Assembly: GCA_035464095.1 (NCBI GenBank)
Contig: DATHSO010000080.1
Span: 4,024-68,023 of the forward strand
Reading direction: 5' to 3'
Source of the DNA: Candidatus Methylomirabilota bacterium
Lineage (GTDB): Bacteria > Acidobacteriota > Thermoanaerobaculia > Thermoanaerobaculales > Sulfomarinibacteraceae
DNA length: 64,000 nucleotides
The notes below the pieces were generated by a model. It ran no database searches, was not told the DNA's origin, and saw only the letters and a list, made by a program, of their open reading frames with translations. Of the stretch, positions 22,453 to 30,486 are shown in pieces. The translations under genes and the position numbers were made by a program. Every line of letters begins with the position of its first letter. Position 1 is the first letter of the stretch.

Positions 22453-22811
22453 GCCCAGTGGCCGGCGACGTCGCTCGCTGCGGCGGCTGCGAGCTCGCCC
22501 CGCTCGAGGCGGTCGACGGCCTCGGCGACGGTTCCGGTGACCCCGGTGTAGACGGTCACCCCGCCGGCCGCCAGGGCGGAGAAGGCCTTCGGCCCGCAGT
22601 GGCCGGTGAGGAGTGCCTTCGCGCCGGCCCGGCAGATCGCCGTCGCCGCCTGGATGCCGGCGCCCTGGACGGCGTCGCGGCCGGCGGCGTTGTCGATCAT
22701 CTCCAGCGTCCGGCTCTCGGTGTCGACGATGACGAAGGCCATGGCGCGCCCGAAGCGCGGGTCGACCGGGGCGTCCCAGTCCGCTCGCTCTGCCGTCACT
22801 GCAACCTTCAT
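22449..22811 (-). CDS. NifB/NifX-type (dinitrogenase FeMo-cofactor-binding domain) protein
   Basis: 120 aa. MKVAV......RFGRA..F.IVD...........GAGIQAA......GA.ALLTGHCGPKA pattern. Confidence 0.75.
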   Translation of the reverse strand: MKVAVTAERADWDAPVDPRFGRAMAFVIVDTESRTLEMIDNAAGRDAVQGAGIQAATAICRAGAKALLTGHCGPKAFSALAAGGVTVYTGVTGTVAEAVDRLERGELAAAAASDVAGHWA

Positions 22812-23278
22812 GCTCTCTCCTTCGGGGGCTTCGGCGAGGCCGAGCCCTTGTGGTTTGGTTCTGCTTCGTCCGCCGGGGCGTGGTTCGACCCCCGCTGCGT
22901 CTCCGACCCCTCATCCTCGTTGCACGAGCAGCCGAGGCCGCGCCGCCGGCCGCCGTCGTGCACCGGGCACGGGAAGGGCTCGCCGGAGCCCGGGGTCACC
23001 GGCGCCTCGCCGATGACCAGCACCTTGCCGCCGACCAGGGCGTCCGCAACCGCCCTGCGCCCGCTGGTCAGGATGCGGCCGAAGGTCGCCCTGGAGACGC
23101 CCATGCGCTCGGCGGCGGTCTCCTGGTACAGGCCCTCCAGGTCGGCGAGGCGCAGGGCCTCGAGCTCGTCCCGACCCAGGGTGACGATCTCGAGCTCGCG
23201 TGCGGGCCGGCCGAGGGGCTTGAAGGCCTCGAAGGGGGGGGCGCCGCCGACCCGGCGGGGGCTTCTGGTCCTGGGCAC
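22808..23278 (-). CDS. DUF134 (UPF0251) putative DNA-binding protein
   Basis: N-terminus (M)PRTRSPRRV..P....FKP.G and sigma70-region-4-like LEALRLADLEGLYQETAAERMGVSRATFGRIL. GTG start. 4-nt overlap with the next gene. Confidence 0.75.
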   Translation of the reverse strand: MPRTRSPRRVGGAPPFEAFKPLGRPARELEIVTLGRDELEALRLADLEGLYQETAAERMGVSRATFGRILTSGRRAVADALVGGKVLVIGEAPVTPGSGEPFPCPVHDGGRRRGLGCSCNEDEGSETQRGSNHAPADEAEPNHKGSASPKPPKERA

Positions 23279-23284
23279 GAAACG

Positions 23285-23325
23285 AGCCTATTCTCAAAAT
23301 CGACCGGTGTCAACCGGTCGGTTTT
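23285..23325 (-). promoter_or_regulatory. candidate promoter (TTGACA-17 nt-TAGGCT) whose -35 box is the loop of a 13-bp-arm palindrome
   Basis: aaaatcgaccggt-gtca-accggtcggtttt (23296-23325). The -10-like box ends 6 nt before the DUF134 GTG start, implying a near-leaderless transcript. Confidence 0.35.
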
Positions 23326-23330
23326 CGCAG

Positions 23331-23403
23331 CTTTTCCCTGCCGGCTCTCTCTGCGCGATGTCCGGCCGGGAAAAGGACGGAGGAGCGGTCGCTCCTCCGA
23401 ATC
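23331..23403. repeat. two-hairpin dispersed element, copy B2
   Basis: cttttccctgccgg...ccggccgggaaaag stem, then perfect ggaggagcg-gt-cgctcctcc stem, then CCGAATC. Confidence 0.65.
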
Positions 23404-23734
23404 TCGCTGCTCCCATCTCACTGTGGGCGGGCGCCGACCCTCGTGTTCACACTGAGCGCGGCGGCCCGCCCTCACGGAGTCCTGAGGATCGTCACGCCCC
23501 GGGCTGCGTCTGCCCACGGAATGACAAGGGGCGACCGTTGTACTGTCATCCCGAGCGATGCGGCCGCAGCGGCCGCGAAGTCGAGGGATCCCCCGAAGCC
23601 AGGTGGACGTCTCGGATCCAACGGCCACCTCACCGGAAGGGGACCCCTCGACTCGCCCGTCGGACGGGCTCGCTCGGGGTGACACGGCGCGGTGTCATGC
23701 CGTCGGAAGCCGGAGACCCCCTGCGGCTGCCCTC

Positions 23735-23763
23735 TTGACAGGGTCGGAGCCGTCAAACATAAT
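23735..23763 (+). promoter_or_regulatory. near-consensus sigma70-type promoter TTGACA-17 nt-CATAAT
   Basis: TTGACA at 23735-23740 and CATAAT at 23758-23763. The imperfect inverted repeat TTGACAGG..CCGTCAA spans the spacer. Lies ~190 nt upstream of the ATG at 23951. Confidence 0.45.
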
Positions 23764-23950
23764 TGAGTCTCAATCCCGCAAACAGGCAGCGGCGGGGCCC
23801 GCAGAGTGGTGTCGCTCGAGGAGACAGTCAGCCGGTGACGAGCCGGCGGAGTGGTCGGCCGGTCGACCCGGGTGCTCGGCCCGGCGACGGCGAGGTGAGT
23901 CCGAAACACACGAAGCGCGGCCCCGAGGGGCCGATGACGGGGAGGATTCC

Positions 23951-24865
23951 ATGCGCGGTCTTCGTTTCACGGGTTCGATGGCAGCGGTGCTCGTTCTGGC
24001 CGCGGCGGCCGTCCGCGCCGCCGAGCCCCCGGTTCAGGCGACCGGGCGCTGGCAGGGCGACGGCGTCGAGTTCGCCATCGCGGGCGCCTACGCCTACCCG
24101 GCGCGGGTCGGCTCGGACGACCGTCCGGGGGTCCGGGTCGCGATCTCCAACGCCGAGTTCGTCACCGAGGGCATGAACCGCCTGTGGGACCGCCAGGGCT
24201 GGATCGTCCGCTCGTTCTCGGACGACCAGACGGCGGTGGTCTTCCTCCACTTCGACGACGCTGGCGGCTATGTCGGCATGAGCTACTCCTTCGGTCCCGG
24301 CACCGGCTGCGGCTTCTGCTTCTCCAGCGACACGAAGTCGTCGGTCAAGCGGGTCGGCGACCGGATCGCCGGCTCGCTGTCCCACAAGGACGACGAGCTC
24401 GTTTTCGAGGTCAGCTTCGACGTGCCCGTCGCACCCACTGTCTGGGGCGAGCCCCTGCCGGCCGACGGCGGCGAGCCGGGCAAGGCCTACCTCGCCTACC
24501 TGCGGGCCCTCGACGACTGGGATCCGGAGGCGCTGCGTCCGCACCTGATGCCCGAGGACCAGGAGCGCGCCGACCAGGCGGCCGCAGAGGACCTCAACGT
24601 CGCCCAGATCTACGCCGAGTCCTTCTACCCCCAGAAGGCGCGTTTCGTTGGCGGCTCCCACGACGGCGACTGGGCGCGGGTGCTCGTGGTCGGCGAGTCG
24701 TCGTGGGGCGGTGCGGCCCACGGCGAAGCGATCATGCATCGCGTCGACGGCAGCTGGCGGATGTGGCTCGACCAGGCCGAGGTCGGCGAGTGGCCGGAGC
24801 ACCTGGCGCCGCCGGCGGCCGGCGCCGGAGCCGCGGCGGCGCCCGACCAGGGCCCGGTTGAATGA
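23951..24865 (+). CDS. secreted hypothetical protein
   Basis: ORF trimmed to the ATG at 23951 behind GGAGGA. Signal peptide MRGLRFTGSMAAVLVLAAAAVRAAEP. No recognisable family. Confidence 0.6.
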   Translation: MRGLRFTGSMAAVLVLAAAAVRAAEPPVQATGRWQGDGVEFAIAGAYAYPARVGSDDRPGVRVAISNAEFVTEGMNRLWDRQGWIVRSFSDDQTAVVFLHFDDAGGYVGMSYSFGPGTGCGFCFSSDTKSSVKRVGDRIAGSLSHKDDELVFEVSFDVPVAPTVWGEPLPADGGEPGKAYLAYLRALDDWDPEALRPHLMPEDQERADQAAAEDLNVAQIYAESFYPQKARFVGGSHDGDWARVLVVGESSWGGAAHGEAIMHRVDGSWRMWLDQAEVGEWPEHLAPPAAGAGAAAAPDQGPVE

Positions 24866-24894
24866 CCGGCTCGACGGGCACGAGGAGGACGACT

Positions 24895-26880
24895 ATGGGC
24901 ATGTTCAACATGTTCGACCTGGATCGCTGGACGCGGTCGGTGACGGGCGTCGGGCTCGCCGCCCTGCTCGCGGCCGCGGTTGCGGCCCCGGCCGTGGCGC
25001 AGAGCGACCGCGCCGAGCGGACGCTGTCCAAGATGCGAGCCAACGCCCTCGCCTCGGCGATCGACGACATCACGAGCCGCAACGTCGACAAGCGCCGGGA
25101 GGCGGCGTCCGAGCTCGGCCGATTCGACGAGGTGCCGGACCGGGTCGTGCCGCCGCTCGCGGCCGCCCTCGCGGACGGCGACGCCACCGTGCGCCGGAAC
25201 GCCGCGAGCTCGCTGTGGGAGCTCGGCGAGGCGGCCGCCCCGGCGTCGGAGGCGCTCCGCTCGGCCCTCGCCGACCCGTCCCCCGCGGTCCGGGTCCGCG
25301 CCGCCGGGGCCCTCGAGGCGGTCGGAGTCGACCCTGCCGAGCTGGTGCCGGCGCGCCGGTCGGTGGTGACGGAGGGCGACTGGTTCGACCGCGCCCTCGC
25401 CGTCCGGGACCTCATCGGCAGCGTCGATGCCGCCGAGCTCGCGGCGCCGCTGGTGGCGGCGATCCACGCGACCCCGGACGAGGTCCGCCACGCCGACCCC
25501 GGCGACCGCTTCAGCGGCGTCGCCGTCCTCGCGCCCCTGGCGGCGACCGGCAGCCCCGGGGTCGTGCCGCCCCTCATGGCGGCCCTCGCCGAGCCGGGGA
25601 TGCCGCGCGCCGCACTGGTGGCCGCGCTGGCGCCCTTCGAGCCCGAGCCGGAGGGCTGGGTCGAGGCCCTCGTGCGCCTGTCCCGCGACCCGGACTCCGA
25701 GCTCCGTGAGGCCGTGGCGTCCGCCCTCGAGCTGCGGGCGAAGCGGCCCGAGGGCGGCGCCGGCTGGCCGGCGCAGGTGCTCGGCCTCCTCGGCGATGCC
25801 GAGCGCGACGTCCGCTGGCGCGCGCTGATGGCCTTCGGCGCCGCCGGCGGCCATGCCGGCGCCGGGGTCCCCGCCATCGCTCGGATCGCCTCGAGCTCCG
25901 GCGACGAGGACCTTCGCGCCTCCGCGGTCCGCGCCCTCGGCGCCATCGGCGACGCGAGCGAGCCCTTCGACCGCGCCGTCAAGGCCGAGGTCGCGGGAGC
26001 CGCGGGCCCGGCCCTGCTGGCGGTGGTCGACGACGCGGGCGCCGACGACGACCTCCGTCGCGACGCCATGGACGCCTACACCAGGCTCGCCCTCGAGCCC
26101 GAGGTTGCGGTCCGCGAGCTGTCCCGGATCGCCGGCGGCGACTACCCGGAGTGGGTGCGGATCGTCGCCACCCGGGGCTTCTGGCCCCTCGGCCGCGCCG
26201 CCGAGCCCGCCCTGCCCCTGCTCGAGCGCCTGTCGGAGGACCCCGACGAGCTGGTGGCCGCGGCCGCCAGGTCGGCCATCGACGACATCCGGCGCGGGGT
26301 GGCGGTGACCCCGCCGGCCGCGGCGGCGCCGTCCGGCGCCGGCGACGCCGCCGCCCAGGCCTGGCTCCGCCAGCAGGGGCGCAGCTACGACCAGGACGGC
26401 TTCTACCGGGCCATGGTCGAGGGCGACGCCGACGCCGTCGAGCGCTACCTCGCGGCCGGCATGTCGGCCGCCGACGCCGGCACCACCGGCATGCCGCCGC
26501 TCCACTCGGTGGTCATGTTCGGATGCCCGTGGGGCCAGCCGACCCCCGAGTCGACGCTCCGGATCGTCGCCGCCCTGCTCGCGGCCGGCGCCGACCCCAA
26601 CGCCGTCGACGAGCTCGGCAACCAGGTCCTGCACCGCGCCGTCTCCTCCTGCGACGGCGGCCTCATCGGCCGGCTGCTCGAGGCCGGCGCCGACCCGCGG
26701 GCGGCCAACACCACCGGCATGCGCCCCTTCGGCCTCGCCGTGGCCACCAACGCCGCCGCCGCCGAGGCCTTCCTCGCCGCCGGCTACACGGTGGCGCCCG
26801 AGGAGGCCGTGCAGTACGCCGAGTGGTTCACCGACGACCCGGCCAAGCGCGCGCTGCTGGAGCGGGCGGGGGTCAAGTAG
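24895..26880 (+). CDS. exported HEAT-repeat + ankyrin-repeat protein
   Basis: Signal-like N-terminus. Repeated D..VR..AA.ALG HEAT-like units. C-terminal ANK units (TGMPPLHSVV..LLAAGADPNA; LGNQVLHRAV..LLEAGADPRA). ATG at 24895 behind GAGGAGGA; alternative ATG at 24862. Confidence 0.7.
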   Translation: MGMFNMFDLDRWTRSVTGVGLAALLAAAVAAPAVAQSDRAERTLSKMRANALASAIDDITSRNVDKRREAASELGRFDEVPDRVVPPLAAALADGDATVRRNAASSLWELGEAAAPASEALRSALADPSPAVRVRAAGALEAVGVDPAELVPARRSVVTEGDWFDRALAVRDLIGSVDAAELAAPLVAAIHATPDEVRHADPGDRFSGVAVLAPLAATGSPGVVPPLMAALAEPGMPRAALVAALAPFEPEPEGWVEALVRLSRDPDSELREAVASALELRAKRPEGGAGWPAQVLGLLGDAERDVRWRALMAFGAAGGHAGAGVPAIARIASSSGDEDLRASAVRALGAIGDASEPFDRAVKAEVAGAAGPALLAVVDDAGADDDLRRDAMDAYTRLALEPEVAVRELSRIAGGDYPEWVRIVATRGFWPLGRAAEPALPLLERLSEDPDELVAAAARSAIDDIRRGVAVTPPAAAAPSGAGDAAAQAWLRQQGRSYDQDGFYRAMVEGDADAVERYLAAGMSAADAGTTGMPPLHSVVMFGCPWGQPTPESTLRIVAALLAAGADPNAVDELGNQVLHRAVSSCDGGLIGRLLEAGADPRAANTTGMRPFGLAVATNAAAAEAFLAAGYTVAPEEAVQYAEWFTDDPAKRALLERAGVK

Positions 26881-26913
26881 GGGGCGCGAGAGGGGCGGCT
26901 GCGGTTCTCGTTG

Positions 26914-26984
26914 CTTTTTTCGGACGGTTCTCGCTTCGCGATTCCCGTCCGAAAAAAGAACGGAGGAGCGGCCGCTCCTTCGGA
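26914..26984. repeat. two-hairpin dispersed element, copy B3
   Basis: Perfect 14-bp stem cttttttcggacgg/ccgtccgaaaaaag, then ggaggagcg-gc-cgctccttc. On the minus strand hairpin 2 is followed by TTCTTTTTT, which looks like a terminator. Confidence 0.65.
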
Positions 26985-27011
26985 GGACGTGGGGTCGCGG
27001 CGGGCGCTCGG

Positions 27012-27165
27012 CTACGGTGTCGAGCCCGACCAGCCGGAGAGATTCCCCGACTCGAAGCCGTCGGTGAAGACGGTGTCGGCGGTGGGCGGGCAGGGGAGCC
27101 CGACGGAGCGGACGACGTCGAAGCTGTCGCCCTCGAGGCTGGCGCCGCCCGAGGCGAGGTCGAAG
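27012..27165 (-). pseudogene. coding-like frame without start codon (possible gene remnant, ...DTVFTDGFESGNLSGWSGSTP*)
   Basis: About 50 codons with almost every third position G/C, ending at TAG 27014-27012. No ATG, GTG or TTG in frame. Confidence 0.3.
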
Positions 27166-27195
27166 GCGAGCCCTACAAGGAGCGAGCCCTGCGGG

Positions 27196-27918
27196 CTACT
27201 TCTTCGCGGCGAGGCCGGCGACGAGCAGCATGCTCTGCGGGTCGAGGACGATGTTGAGGTCCTTGGCGACCATCTCCTGGCGGTCCTTGAGGACGTGGAG
27301 CCGGATCTTGGCGTCGCTGGGGACGAGGCCGAAGGCCAGGTCGACCTCGTCCTCGAAGGTGTCGGCCGGCGGCGGCAGGTGGCCGGGCGCCGGGGGCTCG
27401 TGGCGGTGGGTGCGGCAGGCCATCCAGAGCTCGGCGCCGATCTCGCCGGCCAGGGCCTTGAGCTCGGTGATGGCCGGCACGTCGAGCTCGGTGTACTCCA
27501 TCCGGTCGAGGATGATGACCCCGGGCACGAACTCCATGGCGTCGTGCAGCAGGGCGACGGTCTGCCGGACGCGCTCCACCGAGAAGCTCTGGCCGACGAA
27601 GGTGTGGATGTGGCGGTTGCGCTCCATGAGCAGCTGGAGGGCGCTCAGGTGCTCGAGCTTCTTGTGGATCCTCAGCATCTCCACCAGGCTCTCGTCGTAC
27701 CACTCGCGGACCTTGTCGATGGAGCGCTCGATGGAGACGTGGAGGACCCTCTGGCCCGCGAGCAGGGCATCGACACCGATGGCGGTCAGAAACGCGGTCT
27801 TGCCGACGCCGGCGCGCGCCATCACCAGGGCGAGGCGGCCGGGCCCCGGGCCGGGGTGGCCGTCGCGGGCCAGCAGGGTGCGCGGGGAACGACGCAGGGA
27901 GATCATCAGCTCGGTCAT
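27196..27918 (-). CDS. stand-alone RecA-fold P-loop ATPase resembling the DnaB C-terminal / KaiC domain
   Basis: Walker [13 protein letters not shown] followed by VLHVSIERS; Walker B VIILDRM. ATG overlaps the EF-G stop (ATGA). Confidence 0.65.
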   Translation of the reverse strand: MTELMISLRRSPRTLLARDGHPGPGPGRLALVMARAGVGKTAFLTAIGVDALLAGQRVLHVSIERSIDKVREWYDESLVEMLRIHKKLEHLSALQLLMERNRHIHTFVGQSFSVERVRQTVALLHDAMEFVPGVIILDRMEYTELDVPAITELKALAGEIGAELWMACRTHRHEPPAPGHLPPPADTFEDEVDLAFGLVPSDAKIRLHVLKDRQEMVAKDLNIVLDPQSMLLVAGLAAKK

Positions 27919-30005
27919 GACTCCTCCTCGACGACGGCCTTGCTCTTGTACTTCTTGAGCAGCTCCTCGGCGACGTCCTTGGGCGCCGGGGCGTACTTGG
28001 AGAACTCCATGGTGAACTCGGCCTTGCCCTGGGTCGCCGAGCGCAGGTCGGTGGAGTAGCCGAACATCTCGGCCAGGGGCACGTCGGCGTCGACCCGGGC
28101 GAAGCCGGCGTCCTCGGTGGAGCCGAGGACGGTCCCCCGACGCTGCATGAGGGACTTGAAGATGGCGCCCTGGAACTCGCCCGGGCCCTCCACCGAGACC
28201 CGCATCACGGGCTCGAGGATCTGGGGGCCCGCCTTGCGGTAGGCCTCCCGGAAGGCTGACCGGGACGCGATCATGAAGGCCATGTCCGAGGAGTCGACCG
28301 AGTGGGAGTTGCCGTCGGTGAGCACCGCCTTGATGCCGACGATGGGGAAGCCGATCAGGCTGCCCTTGTCGAGGGCGGTGCGGAAGCCGCGGTTGCAGGC
28401 GGGGATGTACTCGGTGGGGATGCGGCCGCCGCGGATCTCGTCGACGAACTGGTAGTCGCCGGTCTCCGACGGCTCGATGTAGCCCACCACCTTGGCATAC
28501 TGGCCGGAGCCGCCGGTCTGCTTCTTGTGCAGGTAGTCGAAGTCGGCGCGGCGGGTGATGGCCTCGCGGTAGGCGACCTGGGGGGCGCCGGTCTCCACCT
28601 GGGCCGAGTACTCGCGGCGCATCCGCTCGACGTAGACGTCCAGGTGGAGCTCGCCCATGCCCGAGATGATGGTCTCGTTGCTCTCCGGGTCGAGGCTGAC
28701 CCGGAAGGTCGGGTCCTCCTTGGCGAAGCGGGACAGGGCCTTGGACATGTTGTCCTGAGCCTTGGAGTCGACCGGGGTCACCGACAGCGAGATCACCGGG
28801 TCGGGGACGTACATGGTGGTCATGGTGAGGCGCGGGCCGCGACCGACGAAGGTGTCGCCGGTGTTGCAGTCGATCCCGAACAGGCCGACGATGTCGCCGG
28901 CGGCGGCGGACTCGATGTCCTCCATCTTGTCGGCGTGCATCCGCACCACCCGGCCGATCTTGATCTTGCGTTCGGTGCGGGTCTGGACAACCGAGTCGCC
29001 CTTGGCCAGGGTGCCCTGGTACAGGCGCAGGAAGGTGAGCTGGCCGTAGCGCCCCTCGTCGAGCTTGAAGGCGTAGGCCACGGTCTGGGCCTCCGGGTCG
29101 GCCGCGAGCTCGACAGTGGCGCCGTCACGGTCGAGGTCGAGGGCGGTGATGGGCACGTCGGCCGGGCTCGGCAGGTAGCGGGTGACTGCGTCCAGCAAGG
29201 GCTGCACGCCCTTGTTCTTGTAGGCCGAGCCGATGAGCACCGGGGTCAGCTCGAGGGCGAGCACGCCTTTGCGCACCGCGTCGTGGATCAGCTCGGGCGT
29301 TGCCCGGTCCTCGAGGGCGGCCTCCATGAGCTCGTCGGAGAACATGCTCGCCGCGTCAAGGAGCTCGGCCCGGCGCTCCTCGGCCTCGGCCCGGAGCTCG
29401 TCAGGAATCTCGGCGACCTCGACCCTCTCACCGTTGTCGCCGCGGAAGGTCAGGGCCTTCATCTCCACCAGGTCGATCACGCCCCGGAAGTCGGCTTCCA
29501 GCCCGATGGGCATCTGCAGCAGCACGGCGTTGTGGCCGAGCTTGTCGCGCAGGGCGTGGGTGACCCGGACCGGGTTGGCGCCGGAGCGGTCGCACTTGTT
29601 CACGAAGGCGACGCGCGGCACCTTGTAGCGCTTCATCTGGCGGTCGACGGTGATCGACTGTGACTGGACCCCGGCCACCGCGCACAGCACCAGCACCGCG
29701 CCGTCGAGCACCTGCAGGGAGCGCTCGACCTCGATCGTGAAGTCGACGTGGCCGGGGGTGTCGATGATGTTGACGTGGTGGTTTTTCCACATCACGTAGG
29801 TGGCGGCCGAGGTGATGGTGATGCCGCGCTCCCGCTCGAGCTCCATGTGGTCCATGGTCGCCCCGACGCCGTCCTTGCCCTTGACGTCGTGGATGGCGTG
29901 AATCCTCTGGGTGTAGAACAGGATCCGCTCGGTGAGCGTGGTCTTGCCCGAGTCGATGTGGGCCGAGATCCCGATGTTGCGGATCTTCGAGATGTCGCTG
30001 ATCAT
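27915..30005 (-). CDS. fusA: elongation factor G paralogue (not in an rpsL-rpsG-fusA-tuf context)
   Basis: 696 aa. G1 [10 protein letters not shown]3 DTPGHVDF, G4 NKCD. Full five-domain length. Confidence 0.9.
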   Translation of the reverse strand: MISDISKIRNIGISAHIDSGKTTLTERILFYTQRIHAIHDVKGKDGVGATMDHMELERERGITITSAATYVMWKNHHVNIIDTPGHVDFTIEVERSLQVLDGAVLVLCAVAGVQSQSITVDRQMKRYKVPRVAFVNKCDRSGANPVRVTHALRDKLGHNAVLLQMPIGLEADFRGVIDLVEMKALTFRGDNGERVEVAEIPDELRAEAEERRAELLDAASMFSDELMEAALEDRATPELIHDAVRKGVLALELTPVLIGSAYKNKGVQPLLDAVTRYLPSPADVPITALDLDRDGATVELAADPEAQTVAYAFKLDEGRYGQLTFLRLYQGTLAKGDSVVQTRTERKIKIGRVVRMHADKMEDIESAAAGDIVGLFGIDCNTGDTFVGRGPRLTMTTMYVPDPVISLSVTPVDSKAQDNMSKALSRFAKEDPTFRVSLDPESNETIISGMGELHLDVYVERMRREYSAQVETGAPQVAYREAITRRADFDYLHKKQTGGSGQYAKVVGYIEPSETGDYQFVDEIRGGRIPTEYIPACNRGFRTALDKGSLIGFPIVGIKAVLTDGNSHSVDSSDMAFMIASRSAFREAYRKAGPQILEPVMRVSVEGPGEFQGAIFKSLMQRRGTVLGSTEDAGFARVDADVPLAEMFGYSTDLRSATQGKAEFTMEFSKYAPAPKDVAEELLKKYKSKAVVEEES

Positions 30006-30136
30006 GGTCGTGCTTTCCCGAGCTTCACGCCCGCCCGGAGCCGCGGTGTGCTTCGGCCTCGAGTCGTGCGGTGCGTGCTGTTGATGGATCGCCCCGGACC
30101 GCGATCCGACACACTCGGATCTCGAGGCGGCGCGAG

Positions 30137-30163
30137 GTTATAACTCAGTCTGAGCGTTGTCAA
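30137..30163 (-). promoter_or_regulatory. candidate promoter TTGACA-15 nt-TATAAC upstream of the EF-G paralogue
   Basis: Minus-strand TTGACA at 30163-30158 and TATAAC at 30142-30137. The spacer is short (15 nt), hence low confidence. Confidence 0.3.
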
Positions 30164-30238
30164 TTCCGCCCTGGAGAGTCGTTTCCGGACATCTCGTGGG
30201 GGAGCCGAATCAGACCGGCTCGGTGTGGTGGGCGCGGA

Positions 30239-30406
30239 TCATCCCTCAGAAGCCGGGCTGGGGAGATCCTGGAGCTCGGTGGGGGAGGGCTCGTCGTCGC
30301 CGTTCTCCTTGCTTTGGCGCCGCTCCATCTTTTCGACGCGCTTCTTCTGCTTCTTGAGTTCCTTCTGGCGCTTCTCGAACTTGTACGAGCCGGTTTTTCG
30401 TCCCAC
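30239..30406 (-). CDS. small lysine-rich protein (55 aa, GTG start), absent from the ORF track
   Basis: GGAGG lies 5 nt before the GTG at 30406. Translation (M)GRKTGSYKFEKRQKELKKQKKRVEKMERRQSKENGDDEPSPTELQDLPSPASEG. High third-position G/C. The competing 89-aa track ORF is Arg-rich and shadow-like. Confidence 0.4.
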   Translation of the reverse strand: MGRKTGSYKFEKRQKELKKQKKRVEKMERRQSKENGDDEPSPTELQDLPSPASEG

Positions 30407-30486
30407 TGCGACCTCCAGCCTCTACCCTAGCAGAGCAGGAGCGTGGACGCAGGAGACGACCAGGCCCCGGTTCGGACGCGCTCGGG

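Noticed and set aside
23545-23590. gtcatcccgagcgatgcggccgcagcggccgcgaagtcgagggatc (two adjacent NotI-type GCGGCCGC palindromes), reminiscent of widespread 'CHPER.../VIPS...' intergenic repeats
   Set aside because: There is a single copy in the window and only weak dyad symmetry outside the GCGGCCGC cores. I cannot support a family assignment from memory alone.
24625-26634. 669-aa minus-strand ORF opposite the HEAT/ankyrin gene
   Set aside because: Shadow frame. It has no motifs and Arg/Gly/Asp-rich composition.
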